64,000 bases of DNA from Planctomycetia bacterium (lineage in GTDB: Bacteria > Planctomycetota > Planctomycetia > Pirellulales > UBA1268), in the NCBI GenBank assembly GCA_026401075.1, contig JAPLNQ010000266.1, positions 2,972 to 66,971 of the forward strand, written 5' to 3'. How positions within the stretch are numbered: the first letter of the stretch is position 1; each line of letters begins with the position of its first letter. Below are positions 44,932 through 56,438 of this stretch, one piece after another. The notes beneath the pieces are model-generated. The model searched no databases. It saw only the letters and a program-made list of their open reading frames with translations, and had not been told where the DNA came from. A program made the position numbers and the translations under genes.

Positions 44932-47070
44932 ATGAAGCAACGCGTTGAACGGCAGATCGGCGATCAGGTTCTCTTTATCGAGACGGGTTTTCTGGCAAAG
45001 CAGGCCGCTGGCAGCGTGCTCGTCGGCTATGGCGATACGAGGGTGCTCGTGGCGGCTGCCACCGGTGCGCCCCGCCTCGGCATCGACTTCTTTCCGCTGA
45101 CCTGCGACTACCGCGAGCGCGTGGCCGCCGCCGGCAAGTTTCCCGGGGGCTTTCTCAAGCGTGAGGGCCGTCCCACGATGAAGGAGACGCTCACCAGCCG
45201 GCTCATGGACCGGCCCATTCGCCCGCTGTTTCCCGATGGTTTTTTCGACGAAGTGCAGGTTCAGGCACAGGTGCTCGCCAGCGACCGCCAAAACGACCCC
45301 GACATCCTCGGCATGGTGGGCGCATCGGCGGCGTTGTGTGTCTCGCCACTTCCCTTCCGCGGCCCGTTGGGCAGCGTGCGGATTGCGCAGGTGAATGGCC
45401 AGTTCATTCCGTTCCCCACGCAGGACCAGCTCGAGGAAAGCGATCTCGATCTCATTGTTTCCGGCAGCCCCACGGCCGTGCTCATGATCGAAGGCTTTGC
45501 CCGCGAGATGCCCGAGGACCGCATGCTGCAGGCGCTGGAGGAGGCCCACCGCCACATCCGCACGATCTGCGAGATGCAGGAAGAGCTCGTCCGCAAGGCG
45601 GGCAAGCCCAAGAAGGAATATGTGCTCGCCGACTACTCCGGCCTGCGTGACCGGCTGACCCGTGGCTACCTCGCGGAACTCAGGGGTGCCAAGGCCCTCG
45701 CCGGCAAGCAGGAGCGTGGACAGGCCGTCAAGGCCCTGCGGGAGCGGGCCAAGGCCGAGATCGCTCCGTCCGAGCCGGCGGCGACGGCGAAGGCCGGCGA
45801 CGCGGGCGGCTTCAGCGACGCCGACTTCGCCCACGTCTGGCATGCCCTTGAGGAACAGGCCGTTCGCGAGAACATCCTCGACGGCAAGCGGCCGGACGGC
45901 CGCGACTACACGTCGCTCCGTCCGATCCATTGCGATGTCGACCTCCTGCCGCGGGTGCACGGCTCGGCGCTCTTTCAGCGTGGCGAGACTCAGGCCCTCA
46001 TCACCATCACGCTGGGCACCGGCAAGGATGAGCAACGGGTGGACGGCCTCGTCGACGAGTATTCGAAAAAGTTCATGCTCGACTACTACTTTCCGTCCTA
46101 CTCGGTCGGCGAGGTGCGGCCGATTCGCGGCCCTGGTCGGCGTGAGATCGGCCACGGCGCCCTGGCCGAGCGGAGCGTCAAGCCGGTGCTGCCGGATCCT
46201 GACGTCTTTCCCTACACCATCCGCGTGATCTCCGACATCCTCGAGTCGAATGGTTCGAGTTCGATGGCGTCGGTCTGCGGTGCCACGCTGGGGCTGATGG
46301 CGGCAGGCGTGCCGATCGCGAATCCCGTGGCGGGCATTTCGGTCGGCCTCGTCAAGCAGTCTGAGCAGAAGTGGGTGCTGCTCACCGACATCATCGGTGA
46401 CGAGGATCACTACGGCGACATGGACTTCAAGATCGCCGGCTCCCACCAGGGCATCACCGGCATCCAACTCGACCTGAAGATCGACGGCATCTCGCCGGCC
46501 ATCATCGAGGCCACGCTGCGGCAGTCTCGCGAAGCGAGGCTGGAAATCCTGAGGAACATGCTGTCGGCGATCCGTCGGCCGCGTGAAGAGATCTCCCCGT
46601 GGGCGCCGCGTCTGCTGCGGACGCGGATCGATCCCGAGAAGATCGGCCTGCTCATCGGTCCGGGTGGCAAGACGATTCGAGCCATCCAAGAATCGTCGGG
46701 CGCCAGCATCGAGGTCGAGGATGACGGCACCGTGACGGTGGCCAGCCACGACGCTGAGGGGGCGATGGCGGCCATGGCAAAGATCGAGGCGCTCACCGCA
46801 TCGATCCAGATCGGGCGTATCTACGAGGGACGCGTGACGAGCGTGAAGGATTTTGGCGCGTTCGTGGAACTCGTGCCCGGCAAGGACGGGCTCTGCCACG
46901 TCAGCGAACTGTCGGATGAGTATGTGGCCAGCGTGGGAGACGTGTGTCGCGTGGGCGACATCATGCGGGTGAAGGTGATCGCCGTCGACGATCAGGATCG
47001 TGTGAAACTGAGCCGCAAGGCCGCCATGCGTGAGCAGGCGGAGGCCGGCAACAAGGGCGGCAACTCGTAG
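44932..47070 (+). CDS. pnp: polyribonucleotide nucleotidyltransferase (PNPase)
   Basis: ATG at 44932. The protein has two RNase PH-like domains ([14 protein letters not shown]), a KH domain ([17 protein letters not shown]) and an S1 domain ([34 protein letters not shown]). It lies directly after rpsO. Confidence 0.95.
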   Translation: MKQRVERQIGDQVLFIETGFLAKQAAGSVLVGYGDTRVLVAAATGAPRLGIDFFPLTCDYRERVAAAGKFPGGFLKREGRPTMKETLTSRLMDRPIRPLFPDGFFDEVQVQAQVLASDRQNDPDILGMVGASAALCVSPLPFRGPLGSVRIAQVNGQFIPFPTQDQLEESDLDLIVSGSPTAVLMIEGFAREMPEDRMLQALEEAHRHIRTICEMQEELVRKAGKPKKEYVLADYSGLRDRLTRGYLAELRGAKALAGKQERGQAVKALRERAKAEIAPSEPAATAKAGDAGGFSDADFAHVWHALEEQAVRENILDGKRPDGRDYTSLRPIHCDVDLLPRVHGSALFQRGETQALITITLGTGKDEQRVDGLVDEYSKKFMLDYYFPSYSVGEVRPIRGPGRREIGHGALAERSVKPVLPDPDVFPYTIRVISDILESNGSSSMASVCGATLGLMAAGVPIANPVAGISVGLVKQSEQKWVLLTDIIGDEDHYGDMDFKIAGSHQGITGIQLDLKIDGISPAIIEATLRQSREARLEILRNMLSAIRRPREEISPWAPRLLRTRIDPEKIGLLIGPGGKTIRAIQESSGASIEVEDDGTVTVASHDAEGAMAAMAKIEALTASIQIGRIYEGRVTSVKDFGAFVELVPGKDGLCHVSELSDEYVASVGDVCRVGDIMRVKVIAVDDQDRVKLSRKAAMREQAEAGNKGGNS

Positions 47071-47139
47071 GTGGGCAACCAGTAGGTCGACAACCGATCG
47101 GGAAACTTCGTGCCATCCTCAATTTCTGTGGAAGGTGCC

Positions 47140-47964
47140 ATGTCGTCCGCCGACGATTCAAGCCGCTCGCGGGCGGAAACATATGCGGAATTTGCGGCTC
47201 TCGTGGGCGCTCTTGCCCACGAGATCCGCAATCCGCTTTCCACGATCCGTCTCAACATGGAACTCCTCGCCGAGGACTTCGAGCAGACCGAGCCCGAGTC
47301 ACCGACGAAGCAGCGGGATCGTCGGGCGAAGGCGAAGATCGATCTGGTGCGGCAGGAGTGCGACCGGCTGCAAAAGCTACTGGGTGATTTCCTCGATTTC
47401 GCCCGTCAGGAAAAGCTCACCCTCGAACCCGGGAGCCTGAACACGGAGATCGATCAGTTGCTCGATTTCTACGCCCCGCAGGCCCGCGATGCGCACGTGG
47501 AGATCGTGCGGTATCTCGACCCCGAACTTCCGATGGTGCGACTCGATCGTGAGACCCTGCGATCCGCCGTGCTCAACCTGCTGATCAATGCGGTGCAGGC
47601 GATGGAGGGTGGCGGTCAACTCGTCGTGCGGACCCGGCCGGCCGGGCTGGGCGTGTTGCTGGAACTGATCGATACCGGTCCGGGCATGGAGCCGGAGACG
47701 TTGGCAAAGGCGTTTCGTGCCTTCTACACGACCAAACAGGGTGGCTCGGGCCTCGGGCTGCCCACGGCACGGAAGATCGTCGAGGCCCATGGCGGTTCGA
47801 TCGACATCGAAAGCACGCCTGGGCGGGGCACGAAGGTCACGATCTGGCTGCCAGCCCCGCCCCGGCTGCCCACGGCCGACGCACGTCCCGTCAGGGTGGG
47901 AGATGGCGCTCCCGGGCAACTGGACGGCCCGAAGGGCGGCTTCGTACGATCGAACGCATCATGA
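47140..47964 (+). CDS. soluble sensor histidine kinase (HisKA + HATPase only, NtrB-like)
   Basis: The H box is [19 protein letters not shown], the N box is LLINAVQAM, and the G boxes are IDTGPGM and GGSGLGLP. No transmembrane or recognisable sensor domain is present. The stop overlaps the next ATG (ATGA). The start is ATG 47140 or GTG 47110. Confidence 0.8.
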   Translation: MSSADDSSRSRAETYAEFAALVGALAHEIRNPLSTIRLNMELLAEDFEQTEPESPTKQRDRRAKAKIDLVRQECDRLQKLLGDFLDFARQEKLTLEPGSLNTEIDQLLDFYAPQARDAHVEIVRYLDPELPMVRLDRETLRSAVLNLLINAVQAMEGGGQLVVRTRPAGLGVLLELIDTGPGMEPETLAKAFRAFYTTKQGGSGLGLPTARKIVEAHGGSIDIESTPGRGTKVTIWLPAPPRLPTADARPVRVGDGAPGQLDGPKGGFVRSNAS

Positions 47965-49418
47965 ACCAGTCTCGAGAGAACACATCTGCCGCTCAAAGCC
48001 CCCCTGCCCCCGGGCTTCAGGGGCTCGTGCGCGTGCTGGTGGTCGACAATGACATCGTGCACGCCCGCACCATGGGCGAGGTGTTGAGTCGGCTCGACTA
48101 TCAGGTCGTGGTGGTGGGGAGCGGCACCGAAGGGGCCCGAAAGATCGAACAGGAGTCTTTCGATGTCGTCGTCACAGACCTGATGATGAACGACATCGGT
48201 GGCCTCGAGATCCTGTCGCGTGCGAAGGCTGCGTCTGCCGATACCGAGGTGATCGTGGTGACCGGCCATGGCACCATCCCCTCGGCGGTCGCCGCGATGC
48301 AGCAGGGAGCGTTCACCTACCTGCAAAAACCGCTCGACCTCGCCCACCTGCGGGCGGCCGTCGAGAAGGCCTCCGCTGGCGCCCGTCTCAAGCGGCAGAA
48401 CCTCGAACTCAACCGCCGCCTCGACGAGAAGTTTGGCTTTGAGGGCGTCGTCGGATCGAGCACACAGATGCTCTCCCTCATCGAGCGTCTCAAGCGGATC
48501 GCCCCGACCGACGCCACGGTGCTCATCCAGGGGCAGACCGGCACCGGCAAGGAACTCGTGGCCCAGGCCATCCATCAGAACAGCCCCCGTAAGAGTAAGC
48601 CCTTCGTGGCCCTCAACTGCGCGGCGCTCAGCGAGAACATTCTCGAGAGCGAACTGTTCGGCCATGTGCGGGGCGCGTTCACCGACGCATCGAGCGACCG
48701 CGTCGGCAAATTCGAATACGCCAACGGCGGCACGCTGTTTCTCGACGAGGTCGGCGACATGCCAATGCCGACACAGATCAAGCTGCTGCGGGTGCTCGAG
48801 TCGGGGGAGATCACCCGCGTTGGCTCCAACACCCCGACCCGCGTGAACGTGCGGATCCTGTCGGCCACGAATCGCAACCTAGAGGACGCCATCGCAACAG
48901 GTTCGTTTCGCAGCGACCTCTACCATCGACTGAAAGTCGTCACGATCGCCATCCCCACGCTTCGGGAGCGGGCAGCTGACATCCCCCTGCTCATCGAGCA
49001 CTTCATCAAGCAGTTCGCCAAGCGTCACAGCAAGACGATCAAGGGCATGTCGCTGGCAGCCCGGATGAAGCTCGGTGCCTATGAATGGCCGGGCAACGTG
49101 CGGCAGCTTCGCAATGTCATCGAAAGCATGGTGGTCGTCGACTGCGATGAACTGCTCGACGTGGACGACCTGCCGCTGGAACTCGAGCCAGAGACGGCGA
49201 TTGACAAGGCGGGAACACCCGCTCTCGACGGTGCGCCGACGGTTGCCTTGGAGGCTGGCCTCGCGGCACTCGTGGGCCGCCCGCTGGAGGAGGTAGAGCG
49301 GATTCTGATCACCGAAACCCTCAAGCTGACGGGGGGCAACCGGGAACAGGCTGCTGAACTGCTCGGCATCGGGGAGCGGACGCTCTACAGGAAAATCAAG
49401 GAGTACCAGCTGCCCTGA
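47961..49418 (+). CDS. sigma-54-dependent response regulator (NtrC family)
   Basis: The REC domain shows VLVVDND and [13 protein letters not shown]. The AAA+ domain shows [15 protein letters not shown] and GAFTDA. The C-terminal Fis-type HTH reads [19 protein letters not shown]. Confidence 0.92.
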   Translation: MNQSRENTSAAQSPPAPGLQGLVRVLVVDNDIVHARTMGEVLSRLDYQVVVVGSGTEGARKIEQESFDVVVTDLMMNDIGGLEILSRAKAASADTEVIVVTGHGTIPSAVAAMQQGAFTYLQKPLDLAHLRAAVEKASAGARLKRQNLELNRRLDEKFGFEGVVGSSTQMLSLIERLKRIAPTDATVLIQGQTGTGKELVAQAIHQNSPRKSKPFVALNCAALSENILESELFGHVRGAFTDASSDRVGKFEYANGGTLFLDEVGDMPMPTQIKLLRVLESGEITRVGSNTPTRVNVRILSATNRNLEDAIATGSFRSDLYHRLKVVTIAIPTLRERAADIPLLIEHFIKQFAKRHSKTIKGMSLAARMKLGAYEWPGNVRQLRNVIESMVVVDCDELLDVDDLPLELEPETAIDKAGTPALDGAPTVALEAGLAALVGRPLEEVERILITETLKLTGGNREQAAELLGIGERTLYRKIKEYQLP

Positions 49419-49463
49419 CGGAGCACGGACAGACCGGAGCACCGACAGGGGCAGGGACGATCC

Positions 49464-51257
49464 ATGGCAAGAATTCATAAACTGCCGGTGTCGGTGGTCA
49501 ACCGCATCGCTGCGGGCGAGGTGGTCGAACGGCCCGCCAGCCTGGTCAAGGAATTGCTGGAGAATGCGCTCGATGCATCTCCCTCGCGGGTCGATGTGGC
49601 GCTCGAACAGGGTGGGATCGCGCTGGTTCGGGTGGTGGATGACGGCGGCGGCATCGAGGCCGACGATCTGCCACTTGCCGTGACGGCCCATGCCACGAGC
49701 AAGCTGCGAGTGGCGGAGGATCTCGAACACATCGAGACGCTCGGGTTTCGCGGAGAGGCCCTCGCGAGCATTGGCGAAGTGGCCCGTCTCGTGATCCGGT
49801 CGCGCACTCCACACGGGACAGGAGCCAGCCTGACGGTGGATGGTGGACGCATGGGCGAGGTGATGCCCGAAGGGTGCGGCCTTGGCACGACGGTCGAAGT
49901 GCACCAACTCTTCGGCAACGTGCCCGCCCGTCGGGCGTTTCTGCGGGCGCCGCAGACGGAGTGGTCGCATGCATCGGAAGCCTTCGTTCGCACGGCCCTG
50001 GCCCACCAGGGGGTGGCGATGTCACTCTCGCACAACGGCCGTCGCGTTCACGACCTGCCGTCCGTGGCGGCGTGGCGCGACCGAATTGGCGGGCTCTTCG
50101 GCACGGCCCTCGGCGCGCGGCTGATCGAGATCACGGCGGAAGATGACGAGATCTCGCTGCGCGGCCTCGTGGGACGGCCCGAGGACGACATGGCCGGCAC
50201 CCGACTGCAGTATCTCTTCGTGGCCGGCCGGCCGTTTCGTGACCGCTCGATCCTCCATGCCGTACAGGAGGGATACCGGGGCCTGCTCCTCTCTGGACGA
50301 CAGCCGATCGTGTTTTTATCGTTCGGCATGCCGGCCGACATGGTCGACGTCAACGTGCATCCGTCCAAGATCGAAGTGCGGTTCCGCGAGCCTTCCCGAC
50401 TCTATCGGCTCGTCCTTTCCGCGCTTCGGACCGCATTTCTCCAGGCGGACATGGGCACCCGTCTGAAGGCTCCTGCCCCCGCCTGGCCGTCCAGGAACGA
50501 GTCGGCAGCCTCCACGGCATTCGCCCCCTGGTTTGGGCAACCGCACCCGCGGGCGACCTCGCAGGTAGAGGAGGGGAACGCATCGCCGCGACCGATGCCC
50601 TCGTGGGAGCGGGACGATCAGGCGCCGCTTGCGTTCGCCGCCGAGAGCCGGGCTTCGGGGGCGTCTCTCGGGGCTGGCCACGGAGCCGAAGAGCGGGCCG
50701 TACAGATGCACAACCGCTACATCGTGGTCGAGTGCGGGGATGGGATCGAGGTGATCGATCAACACGCGCTCCACGAGCGGGTCTTGTACGAGCGGCTGAA
50801 GGCATCCGTGGCCGACGGGAACCTGGAAGTGCAACCGCTGCTCATCCCCGAGAAGGTCGATCTCGAGGCCACAGACCTGGAACTCGTCACGGAGCATGCC
50901 GAGGCCCTCGACCGCGCTGGCATGCATGTCGAGCCATTCGGCGGCTGCACCGTGATCGTGACCAGCAAGCCCGCACTGGCCGGCAATGCGCCGGCCGCGG
51001 AGATCGTCCGGGAGGTGTTGGATCGGCTGTCGGCGGTCGCAGCCGGCGGCGATGCCGCCATGCTCATCGACGAGGTACTGCACGGTCTCGCCTGCCGCGC
51101 CGCCATCAAGGCGGGCGATCCGCTCTCGCGGGAGGAGGTCGATGCGCTCGTGCGCGACCGGAGGATGGTTCACGAATCACACCACTGCCCCCATGGCCGG
51201 CCCACCTCCCTCGGGTTGTCGCGGCAGGACCTCGACCGGCAGTTCCGCCGCACCTGA
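49464..51257 (+). CDS. mutL: DNA mismatch repair protein MutL
   Basis: The N-terminal GHKL ATPase reads IHKLPVSVVNRIAAGEVVERPASLVKELLENALDA and GFRGEALASI. The C-terminal dimerisation region carries HHCPHGRP. Confidence 0.92.
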   Translation: MARIHKLPVSVVNRIAAGEVVERPASLVKELLENALDASPSRVDVALEQGGIALVRVVDDGGGIEADDLPLAVTAHATSKLRVAEDLEHIETLGFRGEALASIGEVARLVIRSRTPHGTGASLTVDGGRMGEVMPEGCGLGTTVEVHQLFGNVPARRAFLRAPQTEWSHASEAFVRTALAHQGVAMSLSHNGRRVHDLPSVAAWRDRIGGLFGTALGARLIEITAEDDEISLRGLVGRPEDDMAGTRLQYLFVAGRPFRDRSILHAVQEGYRGLLLSGRQPIVFLSFGMPADMVDVNVHPSKIEVRFREPSRLYRLVLSALRTAFLQADMGTRLKAPAPAWPSRNESAASTAFAPWFGQPHPRATSQVEEGNASPRPMPSWERDDQAPLAFAAESRASGASLGAGHGAEERAVQMHNRYIVVECGDGIEVIDQHALHERVLYERLKASVADGNLEVQPLLIPEKVDLEATDLELVTEHAEALDRAGMHVEPFGGCTVIVTSKPALAGNAPAAEIVREVLDRLSAVAAGGDAAMLIDEVLHGLACRAAIKAGDPLSREEVDALVRDRRMVHESHHCPHGRPTSLGLSRQDLDRQFRRT

Positions 51258-51279
51258 ACCACTTCCGACGGAAATCGAC

Positions 51280-52747
51280 ATGATCTGCGTCAGCATCGGA
51301 CGGGGCCGTCATCGGCACGTTATCGCCGAACACAAGTATCTGGCCGACCACGGCATCCGCCTGGTGGAACTGCGGCTCGATTACATCGAGGGTCCCGTGC
51401 AGGTGGCGCGTCTGCTGAGGGAACGACACTGCCCCGTGATTGTCACCTGCCGCCGCGCAGCGGATGGTGGGCGCTGGGGGCAGCCTGAGGAAACACGCAG
51501 GCTGGTGCTGCGAACGGCGATCGTCGAGGGAGCTGATTACGTCGATCTCGAGGACGACATCGCCGAAAGCGTGCCACGCTATGGCATGACGAAGCGGATC
51601 ATCAGCCACCACGATTTTCACAAGACGCCCGTCGATCTCGAGTCGCTCCACGCCCGGCTCGCCGCCCTGGATGATGGCATTGGTGCGGTCGGCCACGATT
51701 CCGACGGTGGGCATATGCATGGGAGACATCGGCATGCCGACCCGCGTCCTCGTCGGAAGTTGCGGGGCGCCCTTCACGTTCGCGACGTTCCACGATGACC
51801 GGGTGATGGCGCCTGGCCAGATCGGCTGGCGGCAGATGCGCGACCTCTACCGCTACGACTCGATCACGCCGGCGACTCGCATCTACGGGGTGGTGGCCGA
51901 TCCAGTGGCCCACAGCCTCAGCCCGGTCGTCCACAACGCGGCGCTCGATGCAGCCGGCATCGATGCGGTCTATCTTCCTTTCCGCGTGCCTGAAGAGCAG
52001 ATCGACGAGTTTCTGGAGCAGGCGGCGGATTGGCCGTTGTCTGGGTTGAGCGTGACGATTCCCCACAAGGAGGCCGTGCTGAAACGTGTTTTCCGCCAGG
52101 AGGATCTGGTGACGGCGATCGGCGCGGCCAACACGCTTTCGTTCGAGCCGGCCGGAGTGGCGGCCTCCAACACGGATGCCACGGCGGCGATCGAGAGCCT
52201 GAGGGCTGCGCTGAAGGAACAGGAGGCCGAGGGGATCGCTGCTGGCGAGGCCGTGCGAAGGGGAGACGGGTTCGGTTTGAAAACGGCGCTCGTGCTCGGC
52301 GCCGGCGGCGCGGCGAGGGCGGTTGCCTTTGGCCTGAAGCAGCAGGGAGTCGATGTCACGGTGAGTTCCCGCACGCTGGAACGCTCCAAGCGGATTGCCA
52401 CCGAGGTCGGCTGCAAGTCGGTCGACTGGAGCGCCCGCTACCGCGTGCCCTACGACTGCGTCGTGAATGCCACGCCCGTCGGGATGCACCCGAACGTGGA
52501 CGAGACCCCCTATGCCAAGGAGCATCTCCGGTCTTACATGGTCATCTTCGACACCGTCTACAATCCTGAGAATACGCTGTTTGTGAAAGAGGCCCGCGCC
52601 GCGGGCTGCCAGATCGTGACCGGTGTGGATATGTTCGTACGTCAGGCGGCGATCCAGTTTCGGATCTGGCACGGTGCCGATGCCCCCGAGCAGGTGATGC
52701 GTGACGCGCTCAAGCGAGCCACGGCATCGGCACGGGAACCGGACTGA
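51280..52747 (+). pseudogene. aroDE: fused type I 3-dehydroquinate dehydratase / shikimate dehydrogenase (AroD-AroE), interrupted by a frame-shifting deletion near 51670
   Basis: The AroD part begins at ATG 51280 (MICVSIGRG...VELRLDYI...IISHHDFHKTP...LHARLAALD) in the frame of ORF 50986..51798. Homology continues in the frame of ORF 51671..52747 (MMALVRSATIPTVGICMGDIGMPTRV...), then into AroE (YGVVADPVAHSLSPVVHNAA...). The block carrying the Schiff-base Lys (E. coli ADIPKIALM) is absent from both frames. Confidence 0.75.
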
Positions 52748-52794
52748 GTCGCGTCGACGGATGCCGCCGGCCGCCCCGAGAGGTTTGTGAATTC

Positions 52795-53418
52795 ATGCCA
52801 CGCATCACCCTCATCGGCTATCGAGGCACGGGCAAATCGACCGTGGCCGCCCTCCTGGGGGAGATCCTCGGGTGTGGGTGGTGCGACGCCGACGTTGTGC
52901 TCGAAGAGAAGATCAGCTGTTCGATCGCGTCGTTGGTCAGGGAGCGCGGTGAGCCCGTCTTTCGCGACGAGGAGGCGATTGTGCTCACCGAACTTCTCGG
53001 GCGATTCCCCGGCGTGCTGTCAACCGGAGGCGGGGCGGTGTTGCGGGCCGAGAATCGCGCGGCGATCAGGGAATTGGGCCGCCCGGTCGTGTGGCTCACG
53101 GCACCGGCAGAGGTGGTCCGGCGGCGGTTGGCCGCGGATCCCACCACCGCGGAACGACGTCCGGCTCTGGCCGTGCAGCCTTCCGGGGTGGCGTCGGCGC
53201 ACGGGGACCCATTGCTGGAGGTGGCGACGGCGCTTGCGGCGCGGGAGCCACTGTACCGCGCGTGCGCTGATTTCCAGGTCGATACCTCGGTCGCGACGCC
53301 GGCAACGGTGGCCGCCCAGGTGGTGGCATGGTTGCAAGGAGACTGGGCGAGGCGGCCCGGCATGATCTCGCCAGATGACGTCCGGCCGACTGACGGCAGT
53401 GCAGGAGCCACGCTGTGA
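52795..53418 (+). CDS. aroK: shikimate kinase
   Basis: The protein reads ITLIGYRGTGKSTVAALLG (P-loop), then CDADVVLEE and VLSTGGGAV. Confidence 0.88.
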   Translation: MPRITLIGYRGTGKSTVAALLGEILGCGWCDADVVLEEKISCSIASLVRERGEPVFRDEEAIVLTELLGRFPGVLSTGGGAVLRAENRAAIRELGRPVVWLTAPAEVVRRRLAADPTTAERRPALAVQPSGVASAHGDPLLEVATALAAREPLYRACADFQVDTSVATPATVAAQVVAWLQGDWARRPGMISPDDVRPTDGSAGATL

Positions 53419-54623
53419 ACGTCGCCAGTTCCCTCGTCGCTCTGCTGCCGGCTGCAGACAACAGTCTCTGGGTGGTGCTCATGATGATCATCGTGGTGAT
53501 GGCGGTCGCAGCGGGGAGACTGCTCACATGGAGTGTGGGTGGGTTGCTCGACTCGGGGGCCTTCGACCCCGAGGAGTCACCAGCCCCGAAGATCGCCGCG
53601 TCTGCTGCGACGAGCCGCCGCTGGATCGAGGTGGCTGTGGTGGCGGCGGCACTGGGTCTCTGGTGGTGGGAAGTCCGCTGCCAGGGGCTGGCACCGATGG
53701 CGTTGTCGGCAGGAGACGCCGGAGCCGTGGCCGTGTCGCGGTACGCCGCGCATGCCGTGCTCGGCCTGTTGCTGGCTGCCGCTGCGTGGATCGACATTCG
53801 ATACCGGGTGATTCCCGATTGTGTAACCGTGCCGGGAGTGATCCTTGGCCTCGTGGTGGTATGGCTCATGCCGGATGTGCTGCTGCCCATCGGATGCGAA
53901 GTGCCGCGATCGTTTGCGCCGCCGCTGCTCGAGGCCGATGTGCTCGGCTGGTTCGGCGGGCTCCGCACGCAGTCGCCGCCACCGTGGATGGAGGGGGCAC
54001 CGCAGGTGCTCGGGCTCATCGTGCCGGCGGTCATCTACCTGGTCTGGTGGATCGTCTGCACGGCCCCGTTCCTCGTGCCGGCGGAGGTTATTCCTGCCGG
54101 TGTGGCATCGGTGGCGGTGACGCGGCGTCGGATCGAACCGCGCAACGTCATCCTGCTGGCGGGGCTCGCGGCGATCGTGGCGGCGTGGTTCGTCGGCGAC
54201 GAGCGGTTTCGCGGACTTCAGTCGGCGCTCGTGGGGCTCGCGGTGTCGGCCGGGCTGGTGTGGAGCATCCGCGAAGGTGCTTCGCGGAGTCTTGGCCGCG
54301 AGGCGATGGGCCTCGGAGACGTCACGTTGATGGCCATGGTCGGGGCGTGGGTCGGCTGGCAGGCGAGCGTGCTGACGTTCTTCCTGGCCGCCTTCATCGG
54401 TCTGGCTCATGGGCTCGTCCAGATGGTGCGGCATCGTGAGAACGAACTGCCCTATGGCCCGAGCTTGTGCCTCGCCTGTGCGGTCGTGATCGTGGGCTGG
54501 CGGCCGCTGTGGCAATGGGCTGGCGGCCCGTTCACGCAGCCGCTTGAACTGGCCATGGTGATTGGTCTCGTCGTCGTGCTGACGGCCATCACGCTCTTTG
54601 TGTGGCAGCGGCTGCGCCGGTGA
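53415..54623 (+). CDS. A24-family prepilin peptidase-like membrane protein
   Basis: The GTG start overlaps the aroK stop (GTGA). The protein is polytopic. The two Asp motifs are WIDIRYRVIPDCVTVPG and GLGDVTLMAMVGAWVGW. Confidence 0.7.
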   Translation: MNVASSLVALLPAADNSLWVVLMMIIVVMAVAAGRLLTWSVGGLLDSGAFDPEESPAPKIAASAATSRRWIEVAVVAAALGLWWWEVRCQGLAPMALSAGDAGAVAVSRYAAHAVLGLLLAAAAWIDIRYRVIPDCVTVPGVILGLVVVWLMPDVLLPIGCEVPRSFAPPLLEADVLGWFGGLRTQSPPPWMEGAPQVLGLIVPAVIYLVWWIVCTAPFLVPAEVIPAGVASVAVTRRRIEPRNVILLAGLAAIVAAWFVGDERFRGLQSALVGLAVSAGLVWSIREGASRSLGREAMGLGDVTLMAMVGAWVGWQASVLTFFLAAFIGLAHGLVQMVRHRENELPYGPSLCLACAVVIVGWRPLWQWAGGPFTQPLELAMVIGLVVVLTAITLFVWQRLRR

Positions 54624-54795
54624 CGGCACCGCCCTACCCGGATTGCATGGCAGGATGCCATGCGCAGCACCAGCAAACTGCGTTTGCCAAGAAAAAACGA
54701 CACGATGTCGTGTTTTTTGTGGGGCATCCCGGCCTTGCCTGGCCTGCCGGTCTTTCCTACGATCCCGCCCCCCTTTCGGGCGCAGGAGCCGAGGC

Positions 54796-55770
54796 ATGTC
54801 GATCCCTTGTTGCGCCACCACTGAGTCCTTCGCCGCTCGCTGCGTGCTGTTGTCGGCGCTTGCGATGGTGGTCGGCTGTTCGAACCACCTGTTTCAAAAG
54901 CCCACGGCTGCGGCACCGGTGAGCCTCATGCCGCCGCCGGGTGTGGCGGCACCGGCGGCCACGTTGCCGCAGCTCTCGTCCTCTGCGGCAACACCGTTGC
55001 CCTCGTATGCCGATGTCGACGGCCGCCAGTTGCAGACGACCCTGGCCCGCAGTCAGGACGAAAACCAGCTTCTGAAGGACGAGATCACCGTGCTGCGAGA
55101 GCAGTTGGCGAGCACCTCCAACCAGTTGGCCGCTTCGCGGTTTCCGTCGGCCGGGGGTGGGGCGACACCATGGGGTCCGCCACGGGCTCTTGGGCCAGCG
55201 GGTATCGGCCCGCCAGCGGGACAATCCCTGCAACCCAGCGGACCTTCGGCCGCGTTCGTGGCGGCGAGTCCTGCCGTGAACGGTCCGGCGGCGATGCACG
55301 CGGCGATGGGTCAGTTGGCGGTGCCCGGCGTCGAGACACGGTTTGACGGCAACGTCGTGCGGCTCGAAGTGCCTGCCGAACGGCTCTTCGATGGTGGGAG
55401 TGCCACCTTGCTCCCCGGAGGCACGGCGATCCTCACGCAGGTGGCAGGAGAGATCGATCGGGTCTTTCCGAGACATTTCGTGGGCATCGAGGGGCACGTT
55501 GATACCGAGCCACTCTCGCAGACCTCGTGGGGGTCGCCGCACCAGCTCACCTCGGCTCGCGCCACGACGGTGTTTGACTTCTTCACGACCCGCACGCCGC
55601 TGCGACAGGGGCAGCTCTTCCTCGTCGCGCACGGTGCGAATCATCCGGTCGTGTCCAACGCCACGGCCGCGGGCCGCATCCGCAACCGGCGCATGGAGTT
55701 CGTCATCTACCCCGAGCGGATCGGCGGCGAGGACGAGGGCGGCGAGGCCGCCCGGGACGTTTCCCGCTGA
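54796..55770 (+). CDS. OmpA/MotB-domain lipoprotein
   Basis: ATG at 54796 gives MSIPCC...VLLSALAMVVGCSN (lipobox). A coiled-coil segment follows. The C-terminal OmpA-like domain shows FDGGSATLLPGG, IEGHVDTEP, LTSARATTV and NRRMEFVIYP. Confidence 0.72.
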   Translation: MSIPCCATTESFAARCVLLSALAMVVGCSNHLFQKPTAAAPVSLMPPPGVAAPAATLPQLSSSAATPLPSYADVDGRQLQTTLARSQDENQLLKDEITVLREQLASTSNQLAASRFPSAGGGATPWGPPRALGPAGIGPPAGQSLQPSGPSAAFVAASPAVNGPAAMHAAMGQLAVPGVETRFDGNVVRLEVPAERLFDGGSATLLPGGTAILTQVAGEIDRVFPRHFVGIEGHVDTEPLSQTSWGSPHQLTSARATTVFDFFTTRTPLRQGQLFLVAHGANHPVVSNATAAGRIRNRRMEFVIYPERIGGEDEGGEAARDVSR

Positions 55771-55827
55771 GTGGCCGGCGCCCAGCAGCCACTTTCAGCC
55801 TGACGCTCGCGGCCCTAAAATCCTCCC

Positions 55828-56436
55828 ATGGTCACGATCATCGATTACGGTAGCGGCAACCTCCGCAGTGTGCAAAAGGCAATGGAGCGGGTGGGCGTCG
55901 AGGCCCGCATCACCGACGACCCAAACGTCGTGGCCGAATCGAGTCATCTCGTGCTGCCCGGAGTGGGTGCCTTCGGAGATGCGATTCGAGCGATCCGCGG
56001 CCGTGGGCTGGTGGAACCGATCCTTGCGCACATCCGGGCCGATCGGCCATTCCTCGGCATTTGCATGGGACTCCAGCTTCTCTTCGAGAGCGGCTCTGAG
56101 GGAGGGCATCACGAGGGGCTCGGAGTCCTGGCCGGTGAGGTGACGCGGTTCGAGTTGCCCCCTGGCATGAAGATCCCGCACATGGGTTGGAATCAGGTCT
56201 CCTGGAGGACTGCCGGCACGTCACAGCCGACGGGGAACGACGGCGACCACTTCTATTTCGTTCATTCGTATGTGGCGCGGCCCCGCGACGAAACGGTGAT
56301 CGCTGCTACGAGCGACTACGGTGGTCCGTTCTGTGCAGCCGTGGCCCGTGGCCGCCTGTTCGCCACGCAGTTTCATCCCGAGAAGAGCCAATCGGCAGGC
56401 ATGGAACTGCTCCGTACCTGTATGAGGAGACACTGA
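55828..56436 (+). CDS. hisH: imidazole glycerol phosphate synthase, glutamine amidotransferase subunit
   Basis: Motifs are [25 protein letters not shown] (catalytic Cys), HMGWN and QFHPEKS. Confidence 0.93.
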   Translation: MVTIIDYGSGNLRSVQKAMERVGVEARITDDPNVVAESSHLVLPGVGAFGDAIRAIRGRGLVEPILAHIRADRPFLGICMGLQLLFESGSEGGHHEGLGVLAGEVTRFELPPGMKIPHMGWNQVSWRTAGTSQPTGNDGDHFYFVHSYVARPRDETVIAATSDYGGPFCAAVARGRLFATQFHPEKSQSAGMELLRTCMRRH

Positions 56437-56438
56437 CC

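Noticed and set aside
37040-46899. ORFs 37040..38350(-), 40829..42238(-), 43179..44402(-) and 44707..46899(-)
   Set aside because: They are antisense to dnaE2, aroC, the desaturase and pnp respectively. All four real genes have unambiguous motifs.
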